NCBI GenBank assembly: GCA_026418175.1
Contig: JAOABX010000001.1
Span: 68,957 to 132,956 of the forward strand
Direction: 5' to 3'
DNA: 64,000 nucleotides
From: Flavobacteriales bacterium
Lineage (GTDB): Bacteria > Bacteroidota > Bacteroidia > CAIKAF01
Positions within the stretch are counted from its first letter, which is position 1. Each line of letters opens with the position of its first letter. The notes under the pieces were generated by a model. It was not told the DNA's origin. It searched no databases and saw only the letters and a program-made list of their open reading frames with translations. Shown here piece by piece: positions 28,937 through 39,272 of the stretch. Position numbers and translations under genes: made by a program.

Positions 28937-30724
28937 TTAATCTAACTTTAATACTGCCAGAAACGCTTGCTGAGGTATTTCTACACTGCCTACTTGCCGC
29001 ATGCGTTTCTTTCCTTCTTTTTGTTTTTCGAGTAATTTGCGTTTCCGTGAAATGTCCCCGCCGTAGCATTTTGCTGTAACGTCTTTACGAAGTGCTTTAA
29101 TTGTTTCACGAGCTATGATTTTAGCTCCAATGGCAGCCTGAATAGGAATTTCAAATTGTTGCCGAGGGATTAGTTCTTTTAACTTTTCACACATTTTTTT
29201 ACCGAAATCATAGGCATTATCGCGGTGTATTAGTGCTGAAAGTGCATCAACCTGTTCGCCATTAAGCAGGATATCTAACTTCACCAAATCACTTTTACGG
29301 TATTCTAGCGGATGATAATCGAATGAAGCATATCCTTTGGAAATGGTTTTTAATTTATCGTAAAAGTCAAATACAATTTCTGCCAAAGGCATTTCAAAAG
29401 TAAGCTCAACCCTATCTTGTGTGAGGTAGTGCTGGTTTTTTAAAATTCCTCGCTTGTTGATGCACAATGTCATGATGGGGCCTACAAATTCAGATTTAGT
29501 TATAATTTGTGCTTTGATATAAGGTTCTTCCACATAATCTAATTTCGTTGCATCAGGCAGTTCAGAGGGATTATTTACGATTATTTTTTCCCCTTTTTTA
29601 GTATATGCAATGTAAGAAACGTTTGGAACGGTTGTAATAACCGTCATTTTAAATTCACGCTCCAGGCGTTCTTGAATAATTTCCATGTGTAACATGCCTA
29701 AAAAGCCGCATCGAAATCCAAAACCTAAAGCAGCCGATGATTCCGGTTCCCAAGTAAGCGAAGCATCGTTGAGTTGTAATTTTTCCATGGATGCTCGAAG
29801 TTCTTCAAAGTCTTCCGTATCAACCGGATAAATTCCAGCAAAAACCATGGGTTTCACTTCTTCAAATCCTTTGATTGCTTCGGTGCAGGGGCGATTTACA
29901 TGGGTTATTGTATCGCCAACTTTTACTTCGCGGGCCGACTTTATCCCGGAAACAATATAACCTACATTACCAGCTCTAATCTCTGGTCGTGGATCTAAAT
30001 CTAATTTTAAAACACCTACCTCATCAGCATCATATTCGCTTCCGGTAGCCATAAATTTTACTTTATCTCCCTTGCGGATTACACCATTTATTACACGATA
30101 GTATGCTATGATACCACGAAATGGATTGAAAACCGAATCAAAAATCAAAGCTTGTAGAGGAGCATTTTCATCTCCTTGGGGTGCAGGGATTCGTTGAATA
30201 ATGGCTTCCAAGATTTGTTCTACCCCCATTCCGGTCTTTCCGCTGGCAGGGATGATATCTTCCCGCTTGCATCCAATCAGCTCAACAATTTGATCTTTTA
30301 CTTCTTCGGGCATGGCACTGGGTAGGTCCATTTTATTTAGAATAGGAATGATTTCCAAATCATGCTCAATGGCCAGATACAGATTTGAAATGGTTTGAGC
30401 CTGAATGCCCTGTGAAGCATCAACAATCAGTAGCGCGCCTTCGCAGGCAGCAATGGAACGGGATACTTCGTATGAAAAGTCAACGTGGCCGGGGGTATCA
30501 ATCAGATTCAGAAAATATTTTTCACCTTGATAGGTATATTCCATCTGAATTGCCTTGCTCTTAATAGTAATACCTCGTTCGCGCTCCAGATCCATATCAT
30601 CCAGCACTTGTGCTTTTAAGTCGCGGTCGCTGATGGTTTTGGTGTATTGAAGCAATCGGTCGGCCAAGGTACTCTTACCATGGTCAATATGGGCGATAAT
30701 ACAAAAATTGCGTATGTTTTTCAT
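28937..30724 (-). CDS. lepA: Elongation factor 4 (LepA)
   Basis: 595 aa GTPase with the G1 motif [18 protein letters not shown] and the characteristic LepA C-terminal domain. Confidence 0.95.
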   Translation of the reverse strand: MKNIRNFCIIAHIDHGKSTLADRLLQYTKTISDRDLKAQVLDDMDLERERGITIKSKAIQMEYTYQGEKYFLNLIDTPGHVDFSYEVSRSIAACEGALLIVDASQGIQAQTISNLYLAIEHDLEIIPILNKMDLPSAMPEEVKDQIVELIGCKREDIIPASGKTGMGVEQILEAIIQRIPAPQGDENAPLQALIFDSVFNPFRGIIAYYRVINGVIRKGDKVKFMATGSEYDADEVGVLKLDLDPRPEIRAGNVGYIVSGIKSAREVKVGDTITHVNRPCTEAIKGFEEVKPMVFAGIYPVDTEDFEELRASMEKLQLNDASLTWEPESSAALGFGFRCGFLGMLHMEIIQERLEREFKMTVITTVPNVSYIAYTKKGEKIIVNNPSELPDATKLDYVEEPYIKAQIITKSEFVGPIMTLCINKRGILKNQHYLTQDRVELTFEMPLAEIVFDFYDKLKTISKGYASFDYHPLEYRKSDLVKLDILLNGEQVDALSALIHRDNAYDFGKKMCEKLKELIPRQQFEIPIQAAIGAKIIARETIKALRKDVTAKCYGGDISRKRKLLEKQKEGKKRMRQVGSVEIPQQAFLAVLKLD

Positions 30725-31151
30725 TATGTTTAAGCAATAGCAAATTCAAAGAATATGTTACAAAATTAACAAGACTGCACGCAATCACAAGTGATTTAAA
30801 AATAAAAACCAATGAACGTGTAAGGCTCATTGGCTTTTTGGAGTTGGATGGTTTAACTTTAAAACACTTCCATGAAAAAACTTTTACTGTTGCAATGAAA
30901 TTGAATACTCTTCAGAGGTTTTCAGTTACTCAAATGTAACAGGTTAATTGATTGACATAGGGCGAATTTTGCAATGTTATCTGGCCATATATATGAAATA
31001 AAATTGTATAAAAAAGCTATAGTCAATACTGATTTTTGTTTTGTTCATATCTATAAATTTTTATATAAACATTATACATATAAAAATTGAACACGATGTA
31101 TTTTTACGAACTAGCCTTTTGATTTTACAAATTATTGATTTGAGTTTTCAT

Positions 31152-31186
31152 AAATAAAAATCCCTCAACCTTGAGGTGAGGGATTT
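31152..31186 (-). terminator. Rho-independent terminator
   Basis: Stem atccctca/tgagggat followed on the minus strand by ttttatttat. Confidence 0.55.
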
Positions 31187-31206
31187 TACTATGAAAACAC
31201 TACTTG

Positions 31207-32364
31207 CTACTTATTTACAACCAACTTCTTTTGGGTGATTTGTCCATTATTTTCTAATTGAATAATATACAATCCGTTAGATAATTTTTCAATATTTATA
31301 GTATGCGTTGAATGAAAAGCTTTTTCGCTAATGATTGTTTTTCCGGTTATATCAATGATGCTGATATGAGTTGTAGGTGATATGTTATTTATACTTAACA
31401 AAGTACTAGCTGGGTTAGGAAATATATGAGATTGTTCACTATTGCTAGTTTCAATACTTGTATTGTTAACTGAAAAATTTGTACATGATGATGTTTTAAC
31501 GCAATCGTTAAATGTGATTTGTACAGCATAGTTGCCAGATTGGGAAGGATAATAACTAGCATATGTTGCATTGGGTATTGGTTGCATACCATTATCGCAA
31601 TCAAGCCATTGATATGAATTACCATTTAATATATTTGCAGATAAATAACTTCCGTTATTAATAACTGAAATTGTATTAGGTACTATTTGTAAATTAAGGT
31701 TTGAAGATAAGTGACATCCGTTACTTCCTCCATTTAATGTTATAACTTCTTCTTGTGTTGAAGAAGAATAGGTTTGTCCATTTGCATTCCACGTATAAGG
31801 ATTGCATTGTACTATATTTGTATAATTTACTTCCATTGACGATGCCCAGTACATAAAATCCTGTCCATAATATGAAGTTCCACTAAAATTATTTGGAAGC
31901 GTTGTTCCAAAGATAACAGGTGCATAGAATACGTATTTACTAGCACTTGACATTAACGTATGATTAGTTGATGAACCATTTCCATTGTAAACGGCCATGA
32001 TCCAGTAATATTCATTATCAGCAAGATTAGTAATAGGAATAGGGAAATATAAATTTCCTGTATCTACAGTATGAATGCCTGTATGAGCAATCAAATAACC
32101 AGGAGTTCCACCATTATCAGAATATAATGCTAATATTACACCGGCATTGGTACCATTGCCTTTCATGCCTAAATGCGTTATTGTTGAAGCTGTAGAATTG
32201 TAGTGCCGAGTACCTAATAAATAATTAGCAGAAAAGCTAGTATTGGTTGTAAAATTAGCACCTTCATTACCAAAACCGCACTGCGCAAAGCTGATTTGGT
32301 TAATAAAGAGTTTAACAATAAACCATGTAAATAATAAAGAATAATTTTTTGTTAAAGCATTCAT
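31207..32364 (-). CDS. Secreted protein with a type-A T9SS C-terminal sorting domain
   Basis: Signal peptide and the CTD FPNPASTLLSIN...ISIIDITGKTII...NGLYIIQLENNGQITQKKLVVNK. The CTD is paralogous to the one in the next gene. Confidence 0.6.
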   Translation of the reverse strand: MNALTKNYSLLFTWFIVKLFINQISFAQCGFGNEGANFTTNTSFSANYLLGTRHYNSTASTITHLGMKGNGTNAGVILALYSDNGGTPGYLIAHTGIHTVDTGNLYFPIPITNLADNEYYWIMAVYNGNGSSTNHTLMSSASKYVFYAPVIFGTTLPNNFSGTSYYGQDFMYWASSMEVNYTNIVQCNPYTWNANGQTYSSSTQEEVITLNGGSNGCHLSSNLNLQIVPNTISVINNGSYLSANILNGNSYQWLDCDNGMQPIPNATYASYYPSQSGNYAVQITFNDCVKTSSCTNFSVNNTSIETSNSEQSHIFPNPASTLLSINNISPTTHISIIDITGKTIISEKAFHSTHTINIEKLSNGLYIIQLENNGQITQKKLVVNK

Positions 32365-32549
32365 ATGTAGTTTTTTGATACAAGTGTAAGTTTTTTTTTA
32401 AAGTGTAGTACCAATATTTTCCGAACGGTTGTTTTGAGTTTACTAAATGCATACTAATAAAAAATTTGACTCAATGATTAGCTTTTTGGGAAAGAATTTT
32501 TTTAAAGTTAGTAATACATTAACTAAGGGGGAGGGGCTATTTGGCTTAA

Positions 32550-32593
32550 AGCAATAAAAGAAAAACCCTCTTCTTGTGTAAAAGAAGAGGGTT
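32550..32593 (-). terminator. Rho-independent terminator
   Basis: Stem accctcttc/gaagagggt followed on the minus strand by tttttcttttatt. Confidence 0.55.
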
Positions 32594-32616
32594 TTATCGA
32601 AGAAAACTACTACTTA

Positions 32617-35565
32617 CTACTTGTTTACAACAAGTTTCTTTTGGCTGAATTGGCCATTATTTTCAAGCTGTACGAAATAAATTCCATTTACTAAATCTTT
32701 GGTTGAAATATTATGTGTACTTGCATTTACTTTTTCAATTAGCATTACTTTACCTGTAATATCAATAATACTTACACGTGACCCGATTTCTACATTGGCA
32801 ATGGTAAATTGCGTTGATACAGGATTAGGATAAATTACAAAGTAATTTATGCTGTTATTTTCCGCTATACCCGTACAATCATTTACCTCAATATTACCGC
32901 TAGCCGATACGTTTCCACATCCACCGGTAAGCGTTACGGTGTAGTTAAAGGTTCCTGTTGCCGTTGGTGTTCCGCTGATAGTTACCGTTCCACTGCTGTA
33001 ATTACCGTTTACACCTGTTGGCAAGCCACTGAATGTAGCCCCCGTAGCATTTGTAGTGCTATACGTAATGTTTGTAATAGCTGTGTTTACGCACAGGGTT
33101 TGGTTGTCAGTGCCCGATGATGATAATAAATTAATTGTATTTATTGAGTTTACAGTTATTGTTCCGGTAGCTGTAACATTTCCGCCGCAACCACCTGATA
33201 AAGTAACAGTATAATTAAATGTACCTGTTACAGTAGGAGTACCGCTAATAGTTACTGTATTGGATGCAAATGTTCCAGATACACCGGTTGGTAATCCGGT
33301 AACAGTTGCACTTGTAGCACCAGATGTGTTATAAGTAATATTCGTAATAGGATTGTTTACACATAAACTTTGATTGTTTGTTCCAGCTGATGAAGTTAAA
33401 TTAATAGTAATTAAACTTCCTAAACATAATTTTGAAACAAAAACATCACTAGCTCCTCCATTTAAAGTTTGGAAACAACCAGAAACGATATCGTAATTGG
33501 AAGAATTAGTTACCCCCGTAACATATACGTTATTTGATCCATCTAAAGCAATACCTCGTACCATATCATCGTTTGTTCCCCCTATATATGTAGAATAAAT
33601 TAAAGATGAACCAGTAGGATTTAATTTTGTAACTAATACATCCCATCCTCCCTCATATGTAGTTTGATATGCACCTGAGGTAATATCATAGTCATTAGAA
33701 GCGGTCTGTCCGGTAATATATGCATTACCGAAACTATCTATTGCTAAAGAACGAACATCATCCCAATTAGCCCCCCCTATATAAGTAGAATATATTAATG
33801 AAGTACCATTGGAATTTAATTTTGTTACAAAAGCATCATAATTTCCTCCATTTGAGTTTTGAAAGACTCCGCTAGTGATATCATAGTTAGTTGAATTTGT
33901 CATTCCGGCAACATATACATCGCCTGAATTATCTACAGCAATTGTGTATCCTTCATCATTACTACTACCACCAATGTATGTAGAAAATAATAAAGCAGTT
34001 CCTGTAGAATTTAGCTTTGTAACAAAAACATCCCAACCTCCTTGTAATGTAGTTTGAAATGCACCGGTTGTAATATCAAAATTACCGGATGATGATCTAC
34101 CAACGATATATACATTTTCAGTAGCATCTACATTAATCCCATAAGCTTCATCATTATCACTGCCTCCTAAATATGTTGAAAATACTAAATTTGAACCATT
34201 TGAATTTATTTTAGTAACAAAAACATCCCATACACCTTGATTGGAGCTTTGAATTACGCCAGGTGTAACATCATAATTTGTGGAGCTTGTTGAACCTGTT
34301 ATATATGCATTACCTGATGCATCTACTTTAATTGAATACGCTTGATCATTAGAGGTTCCTCCAACATATGTTGAATATAGTAAAGCAGTTCCTGTAGCAT
34401 TTAATTTTGTAACTATTACATCGTTTGTGCCTCCCCCAAAAGTATTTTGAAAAACTCCACTTGTAATAGGATAACCTGATGAACTTGTAAATCCGGTTAT
34501 ATATGCATTACTCGAGGCATCAATATCAATAGAAATAGCTTCATCATCACCAGTATTAGTTCCTATAAAAGTAGAGTATATCAAGTTTGTTCCCGTTGGA
34601 TTTACTTTTGTAACGAAAATATCCCAACCGCCTCCGCTATAAGTTGTTTGAAATGAACCCGTAGTAACATCATAATTTGATGATGTGGTTCTGCCAGTAA
34701 TGTAAGCATTACCCGAACCATCAACTTTGATTGAGAAAGACTGATCATGAGAATTACCTCCTATATATGTTGAATAAATCAATGGGTCAATTATTAAGGT
34801 TTGGTTTTTATCATATTCGGCAACTGCTATGCTCCATAAATCTTTTTGCTTTATAAAGCGGCTAGCGATAGTTTTTCCTTGTTGATAAGTTTTAAGTTCA
34901 GCCATTTGCACTTCCCCAAAGCGGGTGTTAAATATGAGCTTATTACCGTCTTTGCTATAGGTATCAAATTGTCCTTTTAGTTTAAATTTTATTTGAGTAG
35001 GATCTGCTCCTGGATGTACTACATAATCATAGCGCAGAAATCCTCTGTCAAAATAGTAACGAATATCTATGCCTTCATACACATTTTTTATTAATGCCTC
35101 TTTGTACAAACCCACATAAGCAGCGTGTTTGCTTGGGTCGTTGCCAATAAAGTAATTGTAATAGCTTTCCTGCTTTTGTTTGCCTTCGTGTTGTGGTAGA
35201 GGGTTGTGGTTTTGAAGTTCAAACAATACCCTATGCCCCAACAGGATGCTGTTTTCTAAATCCTCATGCTCAAACTTGCCTTTGGGCATACGCTCATCGC
35301 ATTTATTAGGAGCCTTAGAGTCTTTTTTTATTTGGTAAAACGTGTAGTTTACACCATACTTAGTAATCCAGGCATCCAAGCCGCCCATTCGAGCCAAGTA
35401 CAACACATCGGAATCCCACTGGCCTTTGTTTTCGATAAAAAAACTTTTGTCGCTGCCTTGCATGAGCGATTGAGCTTCTGAATTGAAAAAGTTACTTTTT
35501 TGTGAGAATAAATCACACAAGTTTAAGATTAGCACTGCAAATAGTAAAGCTAGTTTTGTTTTCAT
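32617..35565 (-). CDS. Large secreted SBBP β-propeller-repeat protein with two Ig-like domains and a T9SS C-terminal domain
   Basis: 982 aa with signal peptide. About eight SBBP-type repeats (YSTYIGG..DEA.GI.VD..GN.YITG.T.S.N.D.T.G.FQ). Two tandem Ig-like units of about 88 aa. CTD ...GIYFVQLENNGQFSQKKLVVNK. Confidence 0.65.
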   Translation of the reverse strand: MKTKLALLFAVLILNLCDLFSQKSNFFNSEAQSLMQGSDKSFFIENKGQWDSDVLYLARMGGLDAWITKYGVNYTFYQIKKDSKAPNKCDERMPKGKFEHEDLENSILLGHRVLFELQNHNPLPQHEGKQKQESYYNYFIGNDPSKHAAYVGLYKEALIKNVYEGIDIRYYFDRGFLRYDYVVHPGADPTQIKFKLKGQFDTYSKDGNKLIFNTRFGEVQMAELKTYQQGKTIASRFIKQKDLWSIAVAEYDKNQTLIIDPLIYSTYIGGNSHDQSFSIKVDGSGNAYITGRTTSSNYDVTTGSFQTTYSGGGWDIFVTKVNPTGTNLIYSTFIGTNTGDDEAISIDIDASSNAYITGFTSSSGYPITSGVFQNTFGGGTNDVIVTKLNATGTALLYSTYVGGTSNDQAYSIKVDASGNAYITGSTSSTNYDVTPGVIQSSNQGVWDVFVTKINSNGSNLVFSTYLGGSDNDEAYGINVDATENVYIVGRSSSGNFDITTGAFQTTLQGGWDVFVTKLNSTGTALLFSTYIGGSSNDEGYTIAVDNSGDVYVAGMTNSTNYDITSGVFQNSNGGNYDAFVTKLNSNGTSLIYSTYIGGANWDDVRSLAIDSFGNAYITGQTASNDYDITSGAYQTTYEGGWDVLVTKLNPTGSSLIYSTYIGGTNDDMVRGIALDGSNNVYVTGVTNSSNYDIVSGCFQTLNGGASDVFVSKLCLGSLITINLTSSAGTNNQSLCVNNPITNITYNTSGATSATVTGLPTGVSGTFASNTVTISGTPTVTGTFNYTVTLSGGCGGNVTATGTITVNSINTINLLSSSGTDNQTLCVNTAITNITYSTTNATGATFSGLPTGVNGNYSSGTVTISGTPTATGTFNYTVTLTGGCGNVSASGNIEVNDCTGIAENNSINYFVIYPNPVSTQFTIANVEIGSRVSIIDITGKVMLIEKVNASTHNISTKDLVNGIYFVQLENNGQFSQKKLVVNK
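32880..33414 (-). repeat. Tandem in-frame duplication (two units of about 264 bp) encoding the Ig-like domains of the SBBP protein
   Basis: Two adjacent DNA and protein copies (ITINLTSSAGTNNQSLCVNNPITNITYNTSGATSATVTGLPTGVSG... versus INTINLLSSSGTDNQTLCVNTAITNITYSTTNATGATFSGLPTGVNG...). Confidence 0.55.
33423..34782 (-). repeat. Array of about eight SBBP repeats (roughly 140 bp each) within the CDS
   Basis: The protein motif YSTYIGG...NAYITG...NYD.T.G.FQ...WD.FVTKLN recurs at a period of about 47 aa. Confidence 0.5.
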
Positions 35566-35650
35566 TGCGAAACGAATTATTATAATAAAAACAAATTAAT
35601 ATAAAAATACTTGTTGTTTAAAGGGGGATTTATTGAAATGCATTTATTAT

Positions 35651-35686
35651 TTAACGAATGGTTGATTTTATTTAACCATTCGTTAA
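35651..35686. promoter_or_regulatory. Perfect 13-bp inverted repeat with 10-nt spacer (ttaacgaatggtt-N10-aaccattcgttaa)
   Basis: Read directly from the sequence. Lies in the intergenic region upstream of the LytTR remnant. Confidence 0.3.
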
Positions 35687-35747
35687 GTGTTTGTATTTAA
35701 TCGCATAAATTAATTCATATTCCGAGATAAATTGTAACAAGTCAGAA

Positions 35748-35957
35748 ATGATTACTGCCAGCAAGGGGTTAAAATATTTTGAAGACATACTGGATGTTTA
35801 TTCGCAATTCAAACGATGCCATAAATCCTACATCGTAAATCTGAATTGTGTGGATGAATACATTAAAAGCGATGGAGGAAGCTTAGTCATTAAAGGGTAA
35901 GTCATTCCGGTGAACTCGGAAAAATCAACAGAGTTCCTTCAGCGGCTTAGCAGATAA
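35748..35957 (+). pseudogene. Remnant of a LytTR-family DNA-binding domain, N-terminally truncated and with an in-frame stop
   Basis: Translation MITASKGLKYFEDILDVYSQFKRCHKSYIVNL...GGSLVIKG*VIPVNSEKSTEFLQRLSR*. FKRCHKSYIVNL plus the IPVS-type end match the C-terminal half of a LytTR domain. There is an in-frame TAA at 35898 and no receiver domain upstream. Confidence 0.45.
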
Positions 35958-35960
35958 AGG

Positions 35961-36899
35961 TTACTTGATGGCACCCAGTGCGCTGGCATTGGCACTAATA
36001 GGAATATCAGCCACCCAGTCTTTGTCCGGTACATTGGGTGGCAATACAATGGGATTGCCAAGATAATCAACACGCTTTCCAGGATATATGCATGATCTCC
36101 ATAAATATTTCAGTAAACTTTTCTGATTGAGGTTGGGATGAATGTAAGGTGCAATGTATTTTTCGTGAAACTGTGGCAGCAAGCTCCAGTGAAGACCCGG
36201 ACGTAAGTGATGGATACCATGATATCCATTATTGAAAGCAAACCAGTTTAGTAGCTTGCCTGTAAAATTTCGGCTGTGATTATATGGATGATTTTCATCG
36301 CAACCTTCATGTTGCCAATAATTTGTTCCTACAATGCCCCACGCTGCATATTGATGAGGGATAAGTACTACCAATAAAAATTTTTGCCAATCAATTATTA
36401 ATAGTGTAATTCTTACACTATTTAATAAAATAGATTCAATCAAATATTGTTTAAACCACCGTGGTTTTTCTTTATACATTCGACGTACGAATCGTATTTC
36501 AGATTTTAAAATATCGCCGCTCATGAGATAAAAGAAGAGCAGTTGATTTAGCAAATTCCATTTAAAGCGTGCCTTAGTAGTACGAATGCTATCTTTTTCT
36601 GTTTGTGTGTATTTGTGGTGACTAAAGTTGTGCCCTGGCACATAAGCACTTACAGGATGCCCATAAGTGAATGTAAGAATAACCTGCATTACCTGGTTGG
36701 CAATGCGATTTGTAAACATGGGACAGTGTATCGTATTGTGTACAATGGTGGCGCAGAAAAACGAAAAGGTGCAATTAAGTAAAATAAGTGGAGTAGCGAT
36801 ATACCAGGGTTGAGGTAGGGCAATCCAGGTACCAATGGCTAACGAAAAGTAAAAAGCCACAAAAACCAAGGTTCGTATATCAGCTTTATATTTCAACAT
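35961..36899 (-). CDS. Membrane fatty-acid desaturase-family protein
   Basis: Three histidine boxes (HNTIH, HNFSHH, HGIHH) in a polytopic membrane protein. Confidence 0.7.
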   Translation of the reverse strand: MLKYKADIRTLVFVAFYFSLAIGTWIALPQPWYIATPLILLNCTFSFFCATIVHNTIHCPMFTNRIANQVMQVILTFTYGHPVSAYVPGHNFSHHKYTQTEKDSIRTTKARFKWNLLNQLLFFYLMSGDILKSEIRFVRRMYKEKPRWFKQYLIESILLNSVRITLLIIDWQKFLLVVLIPHQYAAWGIVGTNYWQHEGCDENHPYNHSRNFTGKLLNWFAFNNGYHGIHHLRPGLHWSLLPQFHEKYIAPYIHPNLNQKSLLKYLWRSCIYPGKRVDYLGNPIVLPPNVPDKDWVADIPISANASALGAIK

Positions 36900-36961
36900 A
36901 TATTGTTAATTGCGAATTTACGTTTTTTCGGTTAATTGGATGATGATTTTTAAAAATATAC

Positions 36962-37891
36962 TTATGAATTCATCTGCACAATTTCTGGAAACCAAAAAAC
37001 AGGCTGCATTGCTTTTTGTTGAAAATACGATATAGCTTCTTGTGGATTACGACAGGTAAACAAAATAAAATCTCCCCCCCAGGCCCCTAGCGATTTTATT
37101 GTATATGGATAATCGATAAACAACTGTTGCTTTATAGGTTGAATCTGAAGTACATCTGACATAATGGATTCATGGTCATTTAGCAGATTTTCAAAAACAT
37201 CAATAGTAGTAGCTTTTGTAATTTCTATTGAAATATCGCTGATTCGTCGGATGGTTTGTTCTGTATAATTAGCTTGTTGATTGAATTGGTTCATAGAACT
37301 TCGGGAGTTCATTTTTTTACCTAGATAAACAAATCCAATGTAATGTGAATACAACGGATGAAACTCAGCAGCTTTAACTTCAGGTTGTTGGTTTATTAAC
37401 TGAAAAAATATAGGCCCTTGGGCTGTTGCGCAGGCAATATCATATCCTGAACCACCAAAAGTTTTTTTCAACAAAGTATATGGATTTACATTGGCCCAAC
37501 GTGCAATGGAAGAAATTAGGGTTGAGCTGCTTCCGAGTCCCCACTGCATCATAAAATCAGTTTCAGTTTCTGCATGGATTTCATGATTGTTTCTAAGAAA
37601 ATCGAAATTCATCTCCCGAGCCGCAATTAATATTTGTTGTAGGGTGGTGGCTATTTGTTTGTCGGTAGTAGCATTAATTTGAAAATCATCTTTATCAAAG
37701 GTAGCTTCGAACCATACCTGGCCTTGCTCGCGGCTTTGCCATAGCAACTCTGTGCCGTTTTTACCTGTGTCAGTAATTTTAAGAGTTTGTTTGAATTTTA
37801 ATGGTAATGCTAAAGCTAAAGCGCCTCGGGTTACTAAATATTCACCAGTGAGCAATAATTTTGTATGTGAAGCGAAAATAAATTCTTGCAT
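36962..37891 (-). CDS. GYDIA-family GHMP kinase (putative phosphomevalonate-kinase equivalent of the Bacteroidota mevalonate pathway)
   Basis: GHMP motif WGLGSSSTLISSIA and the family-defining SGYDIACA. Adjacent to HMG-CoA reductase and IDI-2. Confidence 0.7.
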   Translation of the reverse strand: MQEFIFASHTKLLLTGEYLVTRGALALALPLKFKQTLKITDTGKNGTELLWQSREQGQVWFEATFDKDDFQINATTDKQIATTLQQILIAAREMNFDFLRNNHEIHAETETDFMMQWGLGSSSTLISSIARWANVNPYTLLKKTFGGSGYDIACATAQGPIFFQLINQQPEVKAAEFHPLYSHYIGFVYLGKKMNSRSSMNQFNQQANYTEQTIRRISDISIEITKATTIDVFENLLNDHESIMSDVLQIQPIKQQLFIDYPYTIKSLGAWGGDFILFTCRNPQEAISYFQQKAMQPVFWFPEIVQMNS

Positions 37892-37894
37892 GAA

Positions 37895-39268
37895 TTAGCT
37901 CTGATGAATGATTTGTCCACGTTCAGCCGTAATAAAATCACGTACTGTAGAAAAAGAAACTTTATGATGCTTAAAAAATTCAATGGCCTTTTCTTTTTCT
38001 TCTTCCGTAGCATCAAAGTGGTTCAAAATATTCAGTAAGTGCATTTTCATATGCCCTTTCTGAATGCCGGTAGTAGTTAATGATTTTAATGCGGCAAAGT
38101 TATTAGCCAATCCAATGGTAGCTGCAATCATCATCAATTCTCTAGCACTGGGATTCCCCAACAATTCTAACCCCCGTTTTACCAACGGATGCAAGCTGGT
38201 AAGCCCACCCACTACACCAAGTGCCATGGGTACGGTTAGCGTAAATGTAAAGAGGTCATTATCTAAACTTACTTCTGTAAGGCTTTTATATTGGCCACTA
38301 CGTGATGCATATGCATGGCCGCATGCCTCTACTGCTCTGAAATCGTTGCCTGTGGCTAACACCACCGCATCAATTCCATTGTATATTCCTTTGTTATGAG
38401 TGGTGGCCCGATACACATCTACCTGGGCAATTTTTACGGCTTTTTGGAATTTCCAGGCAAACTCTCGGGCTGTCATTCCGCCGTCAAACGTTCCCAGTTC
38501 ATCAATAGGGCATTGCACCCAGGCTTTTACCAGGCAATCAGGAGTATAATTTGAAAGTATACTCATGATTACATGGACTTGTTTTTCTTCTTCGTTGAAT
38601 ATGCTTTGTGTTTCTATCCAGTCTTTCAGAATGGTAGCAAATTCTTCAAGGCATGAATTGATGAAATTCGCTCCCATCGAATCGCAGGTATCAAATTCAG
38701 CCTTCAGTTGGTAATAACCAGGTTCATGCATGGTCATATCTACCAGCATTATATCAAGTATTCCTCCCCCCCGCTGTTGCATGTTAGCCGTAATATGCGT
38801 GGTGTTTTGAATGAGCAAATGCTTTAACTCTGAAAAGTTATTTTCTAATTTTTTCTTATCACCATGCCATATAAAGTGTACTTGGCCTACTTTTCGGGTA
38901 TCAATTACTTCGGCTTTAAATCCACCTTTATCTGCCCAAAATTTTGCACTTTTCGCTGCAGCAGCCACAACCGAACTTTCTTCAATAGCTGTGGGTACCA
39001 TATAAACTTTTCCGTTAAGCAATACGTTAGGTACTATGCCAAACGGGAAGTAATAGTTGGCGATGGTATTTTCGCTGAATTCATCAAATTTTTTTTGCAA
39101 TTCGGCGTTGGGATGATTGAAACTCCTTAATTCTTTTTCTATCAATTCCGGATGTTCAAAATGAGAGGCAACTGCCCGAATTTTTTCTTCTTTACTTAGT
39201 TTAGAAAAACCTGGTATAATTTTACTGATACTCATATAATTTGTGTACTTATCAATTAAATCAGCCAA
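37895..39268 (-). CDS. Hydroxymethylglutaryl-CoA reductase (class II-like motifs)
   Basis: EESSVVAAA, DSMGANFIN and ALGVVGG motifs. Confidence 0.85.
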   Translation of the reverse strand: MADLIDKYTNYMSISKIIPGFSKLSKEEKIRAVASHFEHPELIEKELRSFNHPNAELQKKFDEFSENTIANYYFPFGIVPNVLLNGKVYMVPTAIEESSVVAAAAKSAKFWADKGGFKAEVIDTRKVGQVHFIWHGDKKKLENNFSELKHLLIQNTTHITANMQQRGGGILDIMLVDMTMHEPGYYQLKAEFDTCDSMGANFINSCLEEFATILKDWIETQSIFNEEEKQVHVIMSILSNYTPDCLVKAWVQCPIDELGTFDGGMTAREFAWKFQKAVKIAQVDVYRATTHNKGIYNGIDAVVLATGNDFRAVEACGHAYASRSGQYKSLTEVSLDNDLFTFTLTVPMALGVVGGLTSLHPLVKRGLELLGNPSARELMMIAATIGLANNFAALKSLTTTGIQKGHMKMHLLNILNHFDATEEEKEKAIEFFKHHKVSFSTVRDFITAERGQIIHQS

Positions 39269-39272
39269 ATAT

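Noticed and set aside
33423-34782. Regularly spaced repeats of about 141 bp that could superficially resemble a repeat array
   Set aside because: The repeat unit is far longer than CRISPR repeats, the repeats are imperfect, and they are in-frame protein-coding (SBBP β-propeller blades). This is not a CRISPR array.
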